A DNA stretch of 64,000 nucleotides, taken from assembly GCA_000830295.1 (NCBI GenBank), contig CP010425.1, positions 128,001 to 192,000 of the forward strand, written 5' to 3'. Within the stretch, counting starts at the first letter, position 1; each line of letters starts with the position of its first letter. Source of the DNA: an archaeon GW2011_AR15. Its GTDB lineage: Archaea; Nanobdellota; Nanobdellia; Woesearchaeales; GW2011-AR15. A program made the translations under genes and the position numbers. The notes below the pieces were generated by a model that made no database searches, was not told where the DNA came from, and saw nothing but the letters and a program-made list of their open reading frames with translations. Below are positions 18,757-29,360 of the stretch, piece after piece.

Positions 18757-18807
18757 CTTCAAAATAATAAGGGACCTATTTATAAATATTATGAAACAGA
18801 ATAACTT

Positions 18808-19035
18808 TTATTGATTATATTTAATTATGAAAGCAACTATCAGAGAGCCTAATGCAGCAATAAACCAATATCCTCCTCTCAATAAATCTATATCCTCTGT
18901 ATTATGAGTGGCACTTTGGAAGAACATGCCGTTACCGAATGCCAAGTTTATATATTGAGCCAAACAAATTAGACCAACTATAAAGAATACCCAGCCCAGC
19001 ATAATTACTGGATTTAATTGTGCTTTCTTGTTCAT
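18808..19035 (-). CDS. Small two-TM membrane protein with class III signal-like N-terminus (MNKKAQ)
   Basis: Probable start ATG 19035; KKAQ followed by a hydrophobic helix. Confidence 0.55.
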   Translation of the reverse strand: MNKKAQLNPVIMLGWVFFIVGLICLAQYINLAFGNGMFFQSATHNTEDIDLLRGGYWFIAALGSLIVAFIIKYNQ

Positions 19036-19168
19036 GTTTGTGTAACTTATCTTATTAACTATATAAGTCTGTGCTAACATAATGTTAACAAAATTACTTT
19101 CCGCACACCGCTTTGGGTTTCTAAACAGGCCCTGATTTTTGCACAAAGTCGGTTGCTCAGACTTTGTT

Positions 19169-19966
19169 CTAATAAGAAACAATAATCTCCTTGGCAATAT
19201 TAGTCAGGTATCCGCCTGCTTTCTTCATGACCTTGAGTGTCTGTTCATGGCTGACAATCATGTCTTTTGAGAGCCCTTCTGCATAATTGACATTAGAGGC
19301 AATGGCTGCAAACGGGATATTCATCTGCTTCAGCAGCATAACCTCTGGAACTGTTGTCATGCCTACTACCCGCATGGCATTAAGGCATCTTGTCTCCTTT
19401 TCTAAAACTTTTATCTCTTCAGGGGTTTCAAAAGCATCCCCGCCGTTGTAGATGTATACCCCTTTCATCATATCATATCCTGCAGCCTTTATTGCGCTGA
19501 ATACCCTCACTATAAGCTTTGGATCAAAAGGCTCTCCCATGCTAGGATGGACATTAAGGGCACTGGCTCCAAAACTGTGCTGGGAAGCTGCAACTCCCCT
19601 TACATAAGAATAGGGCACAACAAAGCAGCCCTTGTCTGCCAGTGGTATCTGCATGTCAAGAGCGCCGACAGCAGTAGTGCCATAGACTGCCTGGACACCA
19701 AGTTTGTAAAGCTGCCAGATATTGGCCTCATACCCTCTCTGCCTCACAAGTTCTGCAGGGGTCCTTGTCGGCTTGCCTCCTTCTGACTCGCCATGCCTCG
19801 GAAGGATAACTACATTTGTATTCCCGTGCTTTCCTGTATAATATGAAAGAACTGTGCCGAATTCATTTGCAACATGTTCGTGCTGCGTAACTTCTGCAAG
19901 AAGGCCTTCAAGCCCCTGCGCAAGACCGCTGCCGCCGATAAAAGCTACTGTTTTAGATTCAGCCAT
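19169..19966 (-). CDS. MTAP-family purine nucleoside phosphorylase
   Basis: IGGSG, LPRHG, ANIW, FETPEE, VGMT and PE motifs. Confidence 0.9.
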   Translation of the reverse strand: MAESKTVAFIGGSGLAQGLEGLLAEVTQHEHVANEFGTVLSYYTGKHGNTNVVILPRHGESEGGKPTRTPAELVRQRGYEANIWQLYKLGVQAVYGTTAVGALDMQIPLADKGCFVVPYSYVRGVAASQHSFGASALNVHPSMGEPFDPKLIVRVFSAIKAAGYDMMKGVYIYNGGDAFETPEEIKVLEKETRCLNAMRVVGMTTVPEVMLLKQMNIPFAAIASNVNYAEGLSKDMIVSHEQTLKVMKKAGGYLTNIAKEIIVSY

Positions 19967-19991
19967 TTAAGGCAAGAGAAATATGTTATAT

Positions 19992-20300
19992 TTATAGCTT
20001 TTCAAAAACATACGGCTTCATCCTGCAGACTTTTTCAAGGTATTGCACTGCCTGCTCCCTTAAAGGCTCCAGTGTTTCCCATCCATATAAGTAGTCGTCA
20101 GGTGCATACGCTATGTCAACTAGTTTACCGCTCCCGTTGCTAATTACTACCCTTATATGCTGCAAACCAATATCAGTAACATCCTTAATCCAAAAAACAA
20201 TATCTGATTTTCTTAAATCCTTTTGTCCAAAATACTGCACAGCCTGCTCAATATGGGAATCCAGATCGCTATGCAATTCAGAATAAAATCCCTTTTGCAT
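19992..20300 (-). CDS. Hypothetical protein
   Basis: ORF with an upstream TATA-like sequence. Confidence 0.5.
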   Translation of the reverse strand: MQKGFYSELHSDLDSHIEQAVQYFGQKDLRKSDIVFWIKDVTDIGLQHIRVVISNGSGKLVDIAYAPDDYLYGWETLEPLREQAVQYLEKVCRMKPYVFEKL

Positions 20301-20387
20301 AACGAGGGGAAGGTAAATTTATATAAAAATCTATTTCCTGGCGCTCATTAGAAAATTTTATATATTCTTTAAACAAATGGAGGACTG

Positions 20388-20996
20388 ATGAATAAGAACT
20401 ATCTCTTCATGGCTGCCTTATTGCTTGTCCTAAGCTCATGCACTTTTGCAGGGAACGGAGGCGGCCCGGAGCTTCCTGAAGAGATGCATCTGTGGGCTGT
20501 GTCTGCAGAGGCAAGTGACTCTTATGGGGGTGCATTCGGCGGAAACAGGGATGACCAGAGCGCTTTTGCAGCAACAGGAGAATCAGATGTAGCGGAATGC
20601 GGGGACAACCCAAGGGCATGGGTCATCAGCCAGGAGGATGACGGCCTGCACTGGATTGAGCTTACATATGACAAGTTTGTCTATGTCTCAGGAATAAAAG
20701 TTGCAGAATCATTCAGCCCCGGTGCTGTTGTGAAGATAGAGCTGAAAAACGGCTCAGATTATTTTACAATGTGGGAAGGAAAGTACACAACAAAGACATG
20801 CCCCTATGTGCTCGAGAGAAAATACAGCGCAATGGAAGGCAACATAACACTGAACATGACCCCCTTCAACACAGACACAGTAAGGATTACCCTGGATACT
20901 GATGTGCCTGGATGGAACGAGATAGATGTTGTCCAGCTCAGCGGATATGCGCAGAAATGGTATTTGTTCAACAGCACGCTTGTTATAGAAGAATAA
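20388..20996 (+). CDS. Secreted/lipoprotein with discoidin (galactose-binding)-like beta domain
   Basis: Signal peptide with LSSC lipobox-like motif; ASDS, AW, WIEL and NEIDVVQL pattern. Confidence 0.6.
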   Translation: MNKNYLFMAALLLVLSSCTFAGNGGGPELPEEMHLWAVSAEASDSYGGAFGGNRDDQSAFAATGESDVAECGDNPRAWVISQEDDGLHWIELTYDKFVYVSGIKVAESFSPGAVVKIELKNGSDYFTMWEGKYTTKTCPYVLERKYSAMEGNITLNMTPFNTDTVRITLDTDVPGWNEIDVVQLSGYAQKWYLFNSTLVIEE

Positions 20997-20998
20997 GC

Positions 20999-21553
20999 TT
21001 ATCTTCCTACAAATATAAGATACTTCTCATCGCCCTGAAGCTCTGAAAGTATCCTCTTTATTATTATCTTTACCGGGTCAGGCATCAGCTTGACTCTTGC
21101 CTTAAGGTCATCAAAACTCTTGAAAGGCTCTATTCTCCTCTCTTCAACAATTTCCCACATGTGCTTTTTTCCGAGTCCTGGAAGAAGCTCAAGCACATGC
21201 ATCCTTGTCGTAAGCGGCTGTGCCTTGTTATAGAAATCCAGATACCTCTGCGGGTTGCTCATTACAATCTCCTTGACAACAAGCTCAAGCTCTGCTTTTG
21301 CTGTTGCTGTCAGCTTGTTGGGGTCAAGCTTGCCATTGACATGGTGTATCTTATCACGCTTGCCCTCTCCTATATAGACCTCATCATGGATATTAAGAGT
21401 AATATCTTTCTTTGGGACTGCTTCCAGCAAAACAAGGGTTGTTTTCCCCAGAGCCTGGACTATTGCAGTCTTCCTGTAGCTTGGGGTATTGTCGAAAGCA
21501 TACCCGTGAGGAAGGTAGTCCAGCACTATTGCGTATTCTTCTTTTTGCATCAT
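20999..21553 (-). CDS. DUF655 family RNA-binding protein (HhH)
   Basis: VLDYL, TTRMHVLELLPGLGKK; conserved rpl21e-rpoF-DUF655 order. Confidence 0.92.
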   Translation of the reverse strand: MMQKEEYAIVLDYLPHGYAFDNTPSYRKTAIVQALGKTTLVLLEAVPKKDITLNIHDEVYIGEGKRDKIHHVNGKLDPNKLTATAKAELELVVKEIVMSNPQRYLDFYNKAQPLTTRMHVLELLPGLGKKHMWEIVEERRIEPFKSFDDLKARVKLMPDPVKIIIKRILSELQGDEKYLIFVGR

Positions 21554-21602
21554 TTTTGGTTATTGGTGAGAAATATTTAAATGTTTGCGCTGAAAGTTCT
21601 TT

Positions 21603-21953
21603 TCAGCTGTTAGGAATGTATTTCTTGAGTGTAGAAATCATTTTTTCCATGTTCTCTTTATTGACGGTAAGCGTGTATCCCTGAAGTATGACTTTCAGCT
21701 CCTCGACACTTGCAGGCAGAAGGTCCAGTATTTTTTTTACATGGACTTCCTTAAGCCTTGGGACCTCCAGTTTCAGCAGCTCTTCTTCAAGTGCTTCTGC
21801 ATCTTTTGGCTTTAGGATAACAAAGTTGTTCAGGTATTCCTCTGTCTTTGCAGCCCTGACTGAAAGCTCTTCATCTCTCTTCTTTATCTTTGTCATCTCT
21901 TTCTTGAGATCATAGATACTGATAGGGACTTCTTCCTGCATCTTAGGCTTCAT
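21603..21953 (-). CDS. rpoF: RNA polymerase subunit Rpo4 (RpoF)
   Basis: KILDLLPASVEELKVIL motif and synteny. Confidence 0.88.
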   Translation of the reverse strand: MKPKMQEEVPISIYDLKKEMTKIKKRDEELSVRAAKTEEYLNNFVILKPKDAEALEEELLKLEVPRLKEVHVKKILDLLPASVEELKVILQGYTLTVNKENMEKMISTLKKYIPNS

Positions 21954-22243
21954 TTTTCAGACCTCTTAAGATGAATAGGATGGACAATAAGAAGCTTTTC
22001 TTTTCTGCCGTCTTTTATGAGAACTTCATAGCATTCTCCTCTTTTGCCGAGGACCATGCCTGATTTTCCATGAAACCTTGGATAATACATGCCATTCTGG
22101 TAAGCCGGCTCTGCTTTCATGACTACTTTTTCTCCATTTTTAAATTCCTGGAAAAATTTCCTCAGAGAGATTTTGCCCTTTTCCTTATGGCCTTTGCTGA
22201 GCTTTCCTCTGGTTTTCCTTCTGAAAGATCCATGGTGTTGCAT
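21950..22243 (-). CDS. rpl21e: 50S ribosomal protein eL21
   Basis: RRKTR, RFHGKSG and VHPIHL motifs. Confidence 0.95.
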   Translation of the reverse strand: MQHHGSFRRKTRGKLSKGHKEKGKISLRKFFQEFKNGEKVVMKAEPAYQNGMYYPRFHGKSGMVLGKRGECYEVLIKDGRKEKLLIVHPIHLKRSEK

Positions 22244-22285
22244 AGTGCTGAGAAAAAAGACACAGTTTATAAAGATTATGATTGG

Positions 22286-23380
22286 CTATCTGAGGTGGAG
22301 CTCGACAATATCCCTGTCCTGGAGCTCATGCGCCAGCTTTGTAATTTTCTGGCCGTCATACTTTACAGAGCCCCATATCCTAGCAAACCTGAATTTTTTC
22401 ACAAACTCCCTGTGAAGCTTGATGCAGAGCTCATTGAGCCTGTCCCCCTGCCTCATTATCAGCGGCTCTTTCACGTCTGCCTCTTTTCCGGGCTGCTTCA
22501 GGTAAATCCTTATCATTTTCAGGCCGCTGAATATCTTTTCTTTCAGCTCTTCGAGATTAATTCCCAGCTCTGCTGAGACGAATATTGCCTCAGGATATCT
22601 CGCTTTCGCCTCCTGGAGCTTTTCCTCGGAAACAGTTTCCATTTTGTTTACTATCACTATGCCGGGCAGGTATTTCTTATTGCCTTCAACAACATCTATA
22701 AGCTCATCATCGTTTATTCTGGTCCTTATAAGCACGTCTGCGTTTGTTACTTTAAATTCATTCAGTATCCCCTCAAAGGTCTTCCTGTCTATGTCAAGAG
22801 GCACTGTAGAATTTACTGAAATCCCTCCTTTTGGCGTCTTCTTTATCTTGACATCGGGCATTTTTTTGTTCAGCCTGAAGCCTGAATCATAGAGCTCTTT
22901 CTGGACTATCTTATAATGGTCAAGCCTATTGATATCAATGAGAATCATTATCATGTCTGCTGACCTTATTGCAGCAAGCACTTCCTTTCCCCTTCCTGTT
23001 CCCTCTGCTGCCCCGCCCACAATTCCCGGGACGTCAAATATCTGTATCTGGGCACTCTTGTATTCAAGCATACCCGGTATGACTGTCAGCGTAGTGAATT
23101 CGTATTCTGCAACTTTTGATTCTGCGTTTGTCAGCTTATTGAGAAGAGTTGACTTGCCTACTGACGGATAGCCCACCAGGACAACTGTGGCATCGCCTGT
23201 TTTCTTCAGTACAAAGCCCTCGCTTTTTCCCTTCCCTCTTTTTTTTGTCTCTATCTCTTCCTTGAGCTTGGCTATCTTAGCCTTGACAAGGCCCACGTGG
23301 TGCTGTGTCCTCTTGTTGTATTTTGTTGTCGAAAGCTCTTCCTCAAGCTCTTTTATCTTATCTTCTCTGGACATATACAC
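22286..23380 (-). CDS. DRG/Rbg family OBG GTPase with TGS domain
   Basis: GYPSVGKS, YEFTT, DVPG, NKME and C-terminal TGS. Confidence 0.95.
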   Translation of the reverse strand: MYMSREDKIKELEEELSTTKYNKRTQHHVGLVKAKIAKLKEEIETKKRGKGKSEGFVLKKTGDATVVLVGYPSVGKSTLLNKLTNAESKVAEYEFTTLTVIPGMLEYKSAQIQIFDVPGIVGGAAEGTGRGKEVLAAIRSADMIMILIDINRLDHYKIVQKELYDSGFRLNKKMPDVKIKKTPKGGISVNSTVPLDIDRKTFEGILNEFKVTNADVLIRTRINDDELIDVVEGNKKYLPGIVIVNKMETVSEEKLQEAKARYPEAIFVSAELGINLEELKEKIFSGLKMIRIYLKQPGKEADVKEPLIMRQGDRLNELCIKLHREFVKKFRFARIWGSVKYDGQKITKLAHELQDRDIVELHLR

Positions 23381-23466
23381 AATTAGAAAACTATCCCTTA
23401 TAAAAAGATTTATGGAAATACAGAAAAAACAGGGATATAAAAAAATCTGTTCAGAAACTGATTATG

Positions 23467-23970
23467 TCATCTGTCACTTCCAGCTTTGGCTTCGTAGCTG
23501 ACTCCCCTAATCTTTTCTACTTCTTTCCTTAGCCCTGCTATGTAGCGCGGCTCCCTGCCGTTGTATTCTACTTTCACGTCATAAGGTGTTACTTTAACCC
23601 TTACATCATAATTCTTGCCTAGAGTCCATTCTATCTCTCCCAGTGTAACCCTCAATAAGTCACTATAGTGGGGCTCATCTTCCTCATGTTTGGGAGTTTT
23701 ATTTGCTTTGTGCACGCCGGGAGAGCCGCCTTTCCTTTCAATCTCATAATTCTTCTTGTAAAGCTCCAGAACATCTCTTTTCGTTGCATGGCCCAGGCTG
23801 GCTGTCCTCATATTATCTATCTCCAGGCCCTCTAAAAACTCCCCGGTCTGCCTTGATATATCAGAGTAGTCGAAATTGTATAGTTCTACTTTAACATCGC
23901 TCGGGTCCGGAAGATGCTTTAATATTTTTTCAAGATCAGAAGGCTCCATTTGTTGAAGAATTGTTAGCAT
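23467..23970 (-). CDS. Hypothetical protein
   Basis: ORF with GGTGA SD. Confidence 0.65.
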   Translation of the reverse strand: MLTILQQMEPSDLEKILKHLPDPSDVKVELYNFDYSDISRQTGEFLEGLEIDNMRTASLGHATKRDVLELYKKNYEIERKGGSPGVHKANKTPKHEEDEPHYSDLLRVTLGEIEWTLGKNYDVRVKVTPYDVKVEYNGREPRYIAGLRKEVEKIRGVSYEAKAGSDR

Positions 23971-24097
23971 TGTATCACCCTGTTTACCCCCAAACTTATC
24001 TTATATTTAAAGATTTGCCAACTTTCTTCGTCGCATTAAAAAAGATTTAAATATTAATACCAAATCTTTTAAAAAATAAAGATTAGGGGGTTAAAAC

Positions 24098-26071
24098 ATG
24101 GTATTGAATCTTATTTTGGTTGCGAGCCTTCTCGCCTTGTTGTATGCCGGCTGCCTTGCCTTCTATATACTAAGGCAGGATCCGGGAAACAAGAAGATGC
24201 AGGAAATCGCAGATGCGATTGCACAGGGCGCAAAGGCTTATCTATTGAGACAGAACACAACAATTGCTGTTGTTACAATTGTATTGGCAGGAATTATATG
24301 GTATCTGCTTGGCATGACAACTGCCCTTACATTCGTGCTGGGCGCATTCCTTTCCGCTGTAGCGGGGTTCATAGGAATGATGATCTCAGTCAAGGCAAAC
24401 GTCAGGACTGCACAGGCAGCCAATAAGGGGCTAAGAGAGGCAATGGACCTTGGCTTCAAAGGCGGAACTGTAACAGGAATGGCAGTTGTCGGGCTTGGGC
24501 TGCTTGGTATCTCACTCTTATTTGGAGTTTACAATGACCCTAAGGCAATAATAGGGTTTGGCTTCGGAGCTTCGCTTATCAGCTTATTTGCGAGAGTGGG
24601 TGGGGGAATCTACACAAAAGGAGCTGACGTAGGGGCAGATTTAGTCGGAAAAGTTGAGAAGGGAATCCCTGAAGACGACCCAAGGAATCCTGCGGTCATA
24701 GCAGACAACGTGGGAGACAACGTGGGAGACTGCGCAGGAATGGCTGCCGACCTTTTCGAATCATATTCAGTAACACTGATAGCTGCAATGCTTCTTGGGC
24801 TTTCAATCGTGGGAAGCATGCCTAATGCAGTAATATATCCTATGGCCCTTGGCGGAGTGGCAATCCTTGCTTCAATCCTGGGGACATTTGTGGTAAGGAC
24901 AGATGACAAAAATAAGATATGGTCTGCGCTGAACAGGGGGATACTTGTAACTGCACTGCTTTCAGCAGTCGGGTTTTACTTTGTGACTGTTCTGCTGATG
25001 GGCAGCATGGCTTTCTTCTATGCGGCTCTTACAGGCCTGGCTGTTACAGTTGCCATCGGCCAGATTGTTGAATACTACACCTCAGCAGACAAAAAGCCTA
25101 CACAGGATGTTTCAGAGGCATCAACAACAGGCTCAGGAACAAACATAATCATGGGGCTTGCTGTTGGAATGGAAAGCACACTGCTTCCGGTGCTTGTGAT
25201 ATGCGCAGGAATCTTCGCCTCATTTTATTTTGCAGGAGTCTATGGAATTGCAGTCGCTGCAATGGCAATGCTTGCGATGACAGGGATTGTTGTGTCAGTT
25301 GATTCCTTTGGCCCTATAACAGACAATGCAGGCGGAATAGCAGAGATGTCCAACCTTCCTGAAAAAGTAAGGGAAAACACAGACGCGCTTGATGCTGTAG
25401 GAAACACAACAAAAGCAGTGACAAAGGGATTTGCAATCGGAGGGGCTGCGCTTGCTGCACTCTCACTTTTCGTTGCATATTCCGAGGAAGTCGGCCTGAC
25501 AATAATAAATATCCTTGACCATAGGGTTGTCATAGGACTGTTCATCGGCGGCGTCCTGCCGTTTGTATTCTCATCAATGACAATGAGGGCAGTCGGAAGG
25601 GCTGCAAAGCTTATTGTTGAGGAAGTCAGGAGGCAGTACAGGGAAATAAAAGGCATCATGGAAAGAAAGGCAAAGCCTGATTATGCCAGATGCGTTGACA
25701 TAAGCACAAAAGCAGCAATAAATGAGCTTATTGTTCCAGGGCTGATTGCCGTGCTTTCACCTCTTGCAGTGGGCCTTCTTCTGGGACCGGCTGCTCTTGG
25801 CGGAATGCTTGCAGGGGCAATAATCACAGGACTGCTTATGGCAATAATGATGACAACAGGAGGGGCTACCTGGGACAATGCAAAGAAATACATTGAAAAG
25901 GGAGCCTATGGCGGAAAAGGCAGCGAAGCCCACAAGGCAGCTGTTGTTGGTGATACTGTCGGTGACCCATTCAAGGACACAGCAGGACCGGCACTTAACC
26001 CGCTGATAAAGGTTGTCAACACAATAGCACTGCTTGCAGCAGGGCTGATATTGACTTACGGGCTTTTCTAA
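24098..26071 (+). CDS. hppA: Membrane-bound ion-translocating pyrophosphatase (K+-independent signature)
   Basis: [38 protein letters not shown]; GNTTKA has Lys at the K+-dependence site. Confidence 0.97.
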   Translation: MVLNLILVASLLALLYAGCLAFYILRQDPGNKKMQEIADAIAQGAKAYLLRQNTTIAVVTIVLAGIIWYLLGMTTALTFVLGAFLSAVAGFIGMMISVKANVRTAQAANKGLREAMDLGFKGGTVTGMAVVGLGLLGISLLFGVYNDPKAIIGFGFGASLISLFARVGGGIYTKGADVGADLVGKVEKGIPEDDPRNPAVIADNVGDNVGDCAGMAADLFESYSVTLIAAMLLGLSIVGSMPNAVIYPMALGGVAILASILGTFVVRTDDKNKIWSALNRGILVTALLSAVGFYFVTVLLMGSMAFFYAALTGLAVTVAIGQIVEYYTSADKKPTQDVSEASTTGSGTNIIMGLAVGMESTLLPVLVICAGIFASFYFAGVYGIAVAAMAMLAMTGIVVSVDSFGPITDNAGGIAEMSNLPEKVRENTDALDAVGNTTKAVTKGFAIGGAALAALSLFVAYSEEVGLTIINILDHRVVIGLFIGGVLPFVFSSMTMRAVGRAAKLIVEEVRRQYREIKGIMERKAKPDYARCVDISTKAAINELIVPGLIAVLSPLAVGLLLGPAALGGMLAGAIITGLLMAIMMTTGGATWDNAKKYIEKGAYGGKGSEAHKAAVVGDTVGDPFKDTAGPALNPLIKVVNTIALLAAGLILTYGLF

Positions 26072-26110
26072 ACAGAAAAGCTTAAAATTTAATTTTTTCT
26101 CCTTTCTTTT

Positions 26111-26500
26111 ATGGATATTGAAGAATGGTTCCTGAAATCTGAAGAACTGATCCTGATGCGGCTGACTTCAGAGCTTGAACATGCTGCTGCAGGGACCAGG
26201 GCGCTGATAAAGCCAAGGGGAGCATACATGCCTCATGGATATGACCAGGGCATATTCTATGGATATGTAAACCCTGTGCCAAACAATGGCTCAAGATGCG
26301 GCTATGCAAAATTCTGCTGGGAAACTGCAAACGAAGTTCTGATCGGAATAAAAGTTCCTATAAATCTTTCTTTTATCCACTCAGCAGGAAAATTCTTTGA
26401 GGTTAATTATCCTCCAAAGCTTAAGCTGGAAAAAATATTCCCCGGAGATCCCAACCACACAGAAATTCTTGGATATCTGGATGATCTCCAATATGCCTAG
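26111..26500 (+). CDS. Hypothetical protein
   Basis: ORF with an upstream TATA-like box. Confidence 0.55.
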   Translation: MDIEEWFLKSEELILMRLTSELEHAAAGTRALIKPRGAYMPHGYDQGIFYGYVNPVPNNGSRCGYAKFCWETANEVLIGIKVPINLSFIHSAGKFFEVNYPPKLKLEKIFPGDPNHTEILGYLDDLQYA

Positions 26501-26553
26501 GCACTGGACATCAGTGCAAAAACTATTTAATTTGATTTCGTATTTCCTCCTTT

Positions 26554-27768
26554 ATGGACTTTAACTGCCCTTACTGCGGGAGCTCCAGGCTTCATCACCT
26601 GAGAAGCTGCCCAAAAATGTATTCTATGGTGAAGCAGAAGCAGTTCAATGAAAAGGCAAAGCAGGATTATTTCGGGGAATCGCCCAATGTCTTCATAGGA
26701 AGATACGGCTATCCGAAAGTTAATGTGGGTTTCCTGTCAAATGAAGAGCTGCCTAAAGACACGGATATGCCTAAATTATGGTCCAGGGAGAATTATGACA
26801 TCCCGAAGATTGTTGACCTGAGAAGCAACCTGATAAACTCGAGGTTCAAGGCCGACATAAAGAGCTTTGACGAGAAATTCATGGATGTCGCAAAAGAAGT
26901 CTCAATGGCAGAGAAGCCTGTTGATGTTGAAGTCCATCTTAACAAGAGGCCTGTCTTCAGCCTGAAGCTTGACAATGACATAACACCCTACGGCCCGTCT
27001 GTGGAGCTTGAGAAAGCTGAGATAACTGAAAATCCCTCAATAACAAGGCAGGTCGACAAAGTTGTGGGCGATGAAGACATGAAGGCGGTTGATGCGATGG
27101 ATTATCTCTACAGCAAGGGATATGATGAACATTTCCTTACAAAGCTGATTTCTGTGGGGAATATCGGAATAGGAAAAAACAGGAAGCTCGTGCCCACAAG
27201 ATGGTCAATAACTGCTGTGGATGACACGCTTGGGAAAAATCTTATCTCAGAAATAAAAAATTTTTCTGAGTATGAATATGCTGCGCATTTCGGAGGCTAT
27301 CTTGGAAATTACTATCTCATACTGTTCTTCCCGGAGATCTGGTCATACGAGCTTTTTGAGACTTATGTGGGTGACCCAAGCCAGCCGAAAAAAAGCGAGA
27401 TAGAGACATCGACAGACTATGAGTCCTACGAGGGAAGAAAGGATTATGCAAGCAATACTGTCGGGGGCTATTATGCAGCCAGGCTTGGCATACTTGAATA
27501 CCTGATATCAAAAAAAAGGCAGGCATCTGTGCTGGCATTAAGGTTTATCACAAACGAGTATTATATGGGACTCGGTGTCTGGGTTGTAAGGCAGGCAACA
27601 AGGCATGCCCTTGAATCAAAAACAATAAAGTTCTCATCAAAGGAGCTCATGCTCAGTTATGCAAGATTAATGATTAAAAAAAAATTCAGCTTTGATGCTG
27701 AGGAACTGCTGAAAAAGAGCATGTTGCTGAAAGAGATAAAAGAACAAAAGAAGCTCAGCAGCTTCTGA
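26554..27768 (+). CDS. nreA: Nre family DNA repair protein (DUF650/651) with C-terminal PIP box
   Basis: SPNVFIGRYGYPKV, RKLVPTRWSITAVD, GGYYAARL; C-terminal QKKLSSF. Confidence 0.92.
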   Translation: MDFNCPYCGSSRLHHLRSCPKMYSMVKQKQFNEKAKQDYFGESPNVFIGRYGYPKVNVGFLSNEELPKDTDMPKLWSRENYDIPKIVDLRSNLINSRFKADIKSFDEKFMDVAKEVSMAEKPVDVEVHLNKRPVFSLKLDNDITPYGPSVELEKAEITENPSITRQVDKVVGDEDMKAVDAMDYLYSKGYDEHFLTKLISVGNIGIGKNRKLVPTRWSITAVDDTLGKNLISEIKNFSEYEYAAHFGGYLGNYYLILFFPEIWSYELFETYVGDPSQPKKSEIETSTDYESYEGRKDYASNTVGGYYAARLGILEYLISKKRQASVLALRFITNEYYMGLGVWVVRQATRHALESKTIKFSSKELMLSYARLMIKKKFSFDAEELLKKSMLLKEIKEQKKLSSF

Positions 27769-27772
27769 AAAA

Positions 27773-28297
27773 TTATTCAGCCTTTTTCTCTGCTGGCTTT
27801 TCTTCCTTTGGAGCTGCCTTTTTCTCTTCTTTGGAGTGCTCTTTTGGTTTCTCCTCTTTCTTTGGCTTCTCTTTCTTTTTAGGCTCTTCGGCGGGCTTTT
27901 CAGCTGGTGCTTCCCCTTCTGCTGCCGGAGCTCCTCCTAATGGTGTCTTTCCATGCTTAAGGATTTTCATTGAAACTTGTGTAATCCTCTCGTGGATTGT
28001 ATTCCCGCAGACTGTCCTTCTCAGCCTGATGCCTGCTTCTCTGTTCCTTGTTCCGACGCCGGTTGTGATAAGGACCTGTTTCCTTACCGGGCCCTCGATA
28101 TCCTTCCTCATCGGGAAGCCGCAGTAGTCTGCTCCGCCTGTAATCTCAAATTCGTATCCGGCAAGGTCAAAAGCCTCTCCTTTTATTGTATCTCCTATCT
28201 TTTTTCCAAGGAGGGAATTTGCATTTTCTTCAGACACTGCAATCTGGTGTGTTTTCCCTGACTTAGGGTCTCCTATGCTTAGCTTAAATTCAACCAT
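27773..28297 (-). CDS. rps6e: 30S ribosomal protein eS6 with charged C-terminal tail
   Basis: ITGGAD.CGFPMR and RRTVCG motifs. Confidence 0.95.
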   Translation of the reverse strand: MVEFKLSIGDPKSGKTHQIAVSEENANSLLGKKIGDTIKGEAFDLAGYEFEITGGADYCGFPMRKDIEGPVRKQVLITTGVGTRNREAGIRLRRTVCGNTIHERITQVSMKILKHGKTPLGGAPAAEGEAPAEKPAEEPKKKEKPKKEEKPKEHSKEEKKAAPKEEKPAEKKAE

Positions 28298-28437
28298 CTT
28301 AATTGTTCACCTTTTGATTTTATGCTGAGAAACCTTTAAGCCCCTTCGGGTCAACCCAAGGCATGCGCCTCAGCAATTGAAATGGAGTTGCAGATGATTT
28401 AAAAGCTTTTTTGTTTTGGAATAGAGAAATAAAAAAT

Positions 28438-28545
28438 GTCGGGAATGAGGGGAAACCTCACACCTCCCGAAAAAGCGGGTGTCGGCGTTTCAAAGTTCCA
28501 TAGATACGCCTGTGACTACACTAGGAAATTACCTGTTATTCTGAC
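28438..28545 (+). ncRNA. Unidentified structured RNA candidate
   Basis: The ends GTCGGGAATGA and TTATTCTGAC can pair (with G-U) around several internal hairpins; no ORF. Strand uncertain. Confidence 0.35.
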
Positions 28546-28642
28546 TACTTTACATAACTTTTATAAACACTCCATTTTTCCAAATCAGTAAGAAATGTGG
28601 GCATATCCTATACGGAAGCCTGAATCTTAAAGGTGATAAAAA

Positions 28643-29215
28643 ATGAGCATGTACAAATATATAAGGCAGGCCTGGAAAAAACCGAAGAAAAATCTTGGTG
28701 AGATATGGAAAGAGAGGCTTGTTCAGTGGAGAAAGGAACCTGTTACAATAAGGATAGAAAAGCCTACTAGGCTGGACAGAGCAAGAGCTCTTGGATATAA
28801 GGCCATTCAGGGAGTTTTCATTGTAAGGCAGAGAGTCCAAAGGGGAGGAAGGCAGAGGCTGCAGATAAGGAAGGCCAGAAGGTCAAAGACCCAAAGGCAC
28901 AAGAAGATAGTTGCAAGAAACTATCAGAGCATTGCAGAAGAAAGAGCAAACAAGAAGTTCCTGAACTGCGAGGTGCTTAATTCATACTGGGTTGGCGAAG
29001 ATGGTGTGTACAAGTGGTATGAGGTTATCATGGTAGACAGAAGCCACCCTGTTGTCAAGTCAAAGCACTACCTGAGCTGGATTGCAAAGAAAAAAGCAAG
29101 GGCTTTCAGAGGCATTACATCTGCAAGCAGGAAAAGCAGAGGCCTGAGAAACAAAGGCAAGGGAGCTGAGAAGCTGAGGCCAAGCCTGAGAGCGCACAAC
29201 AGGCAGGCTCATTAA
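28643..29215 (+). CDS. rpl15e: 50S ribosomal protein eL15
   Basis: [14 protein letters not shown] and [12 protein letters not shown] motifs. Confidence 0.98.
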   Translation: MSMYKYIRQAWKKPKKNLGEIWKERLVQWRKEPVTIRIEKPTRLDRARALGYKAIQGVFIVRQRVQRGGRQRLQIRKARRSKTQRHKKIVARNYQSIAEERANKKFLNCEVLNSYWVGEDGVYKWYEVIMVDRSHPVVKSKHYLSWIAKKKARAFRGITSASRKSRGLRNKGKGAEKLRPSLRAHNRQAH

Positions 29216-29218
29216 ATG

Positions 29219-29252
29219 TCAAGAACCGCTTATCTGTAAATGGCGGTTCTTG
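29219..29252 (+). terminator. Hairpin after rpl15e
   Basis: TCAAGAACCGC...GCGGTTCTTGA inverted repeat. Confidence 0.4.
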
Positions 29253-29360
29253 AGTATGCTCACGATTTCCACGATGTGGTGTTGTCATTTTCAACTCGCT
29301 ATTGGAACACGAGTGGAAATCGCGACATTTATATATTATTTTTATTTCATATCCATACAC

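Noticed and set aside
28438-28545. 5S rRNA or RNase P RNA call
   Set aside because: Only fragmentary motif similarity, so it is kept as an unidentified candidate.
29262-29325. Long hairpin CGATTTCCAC...GTGGAAATCG before tRNA-Val(TAC)
   Set aside because: It may be a terminator or processing stem; no further evidence of function.
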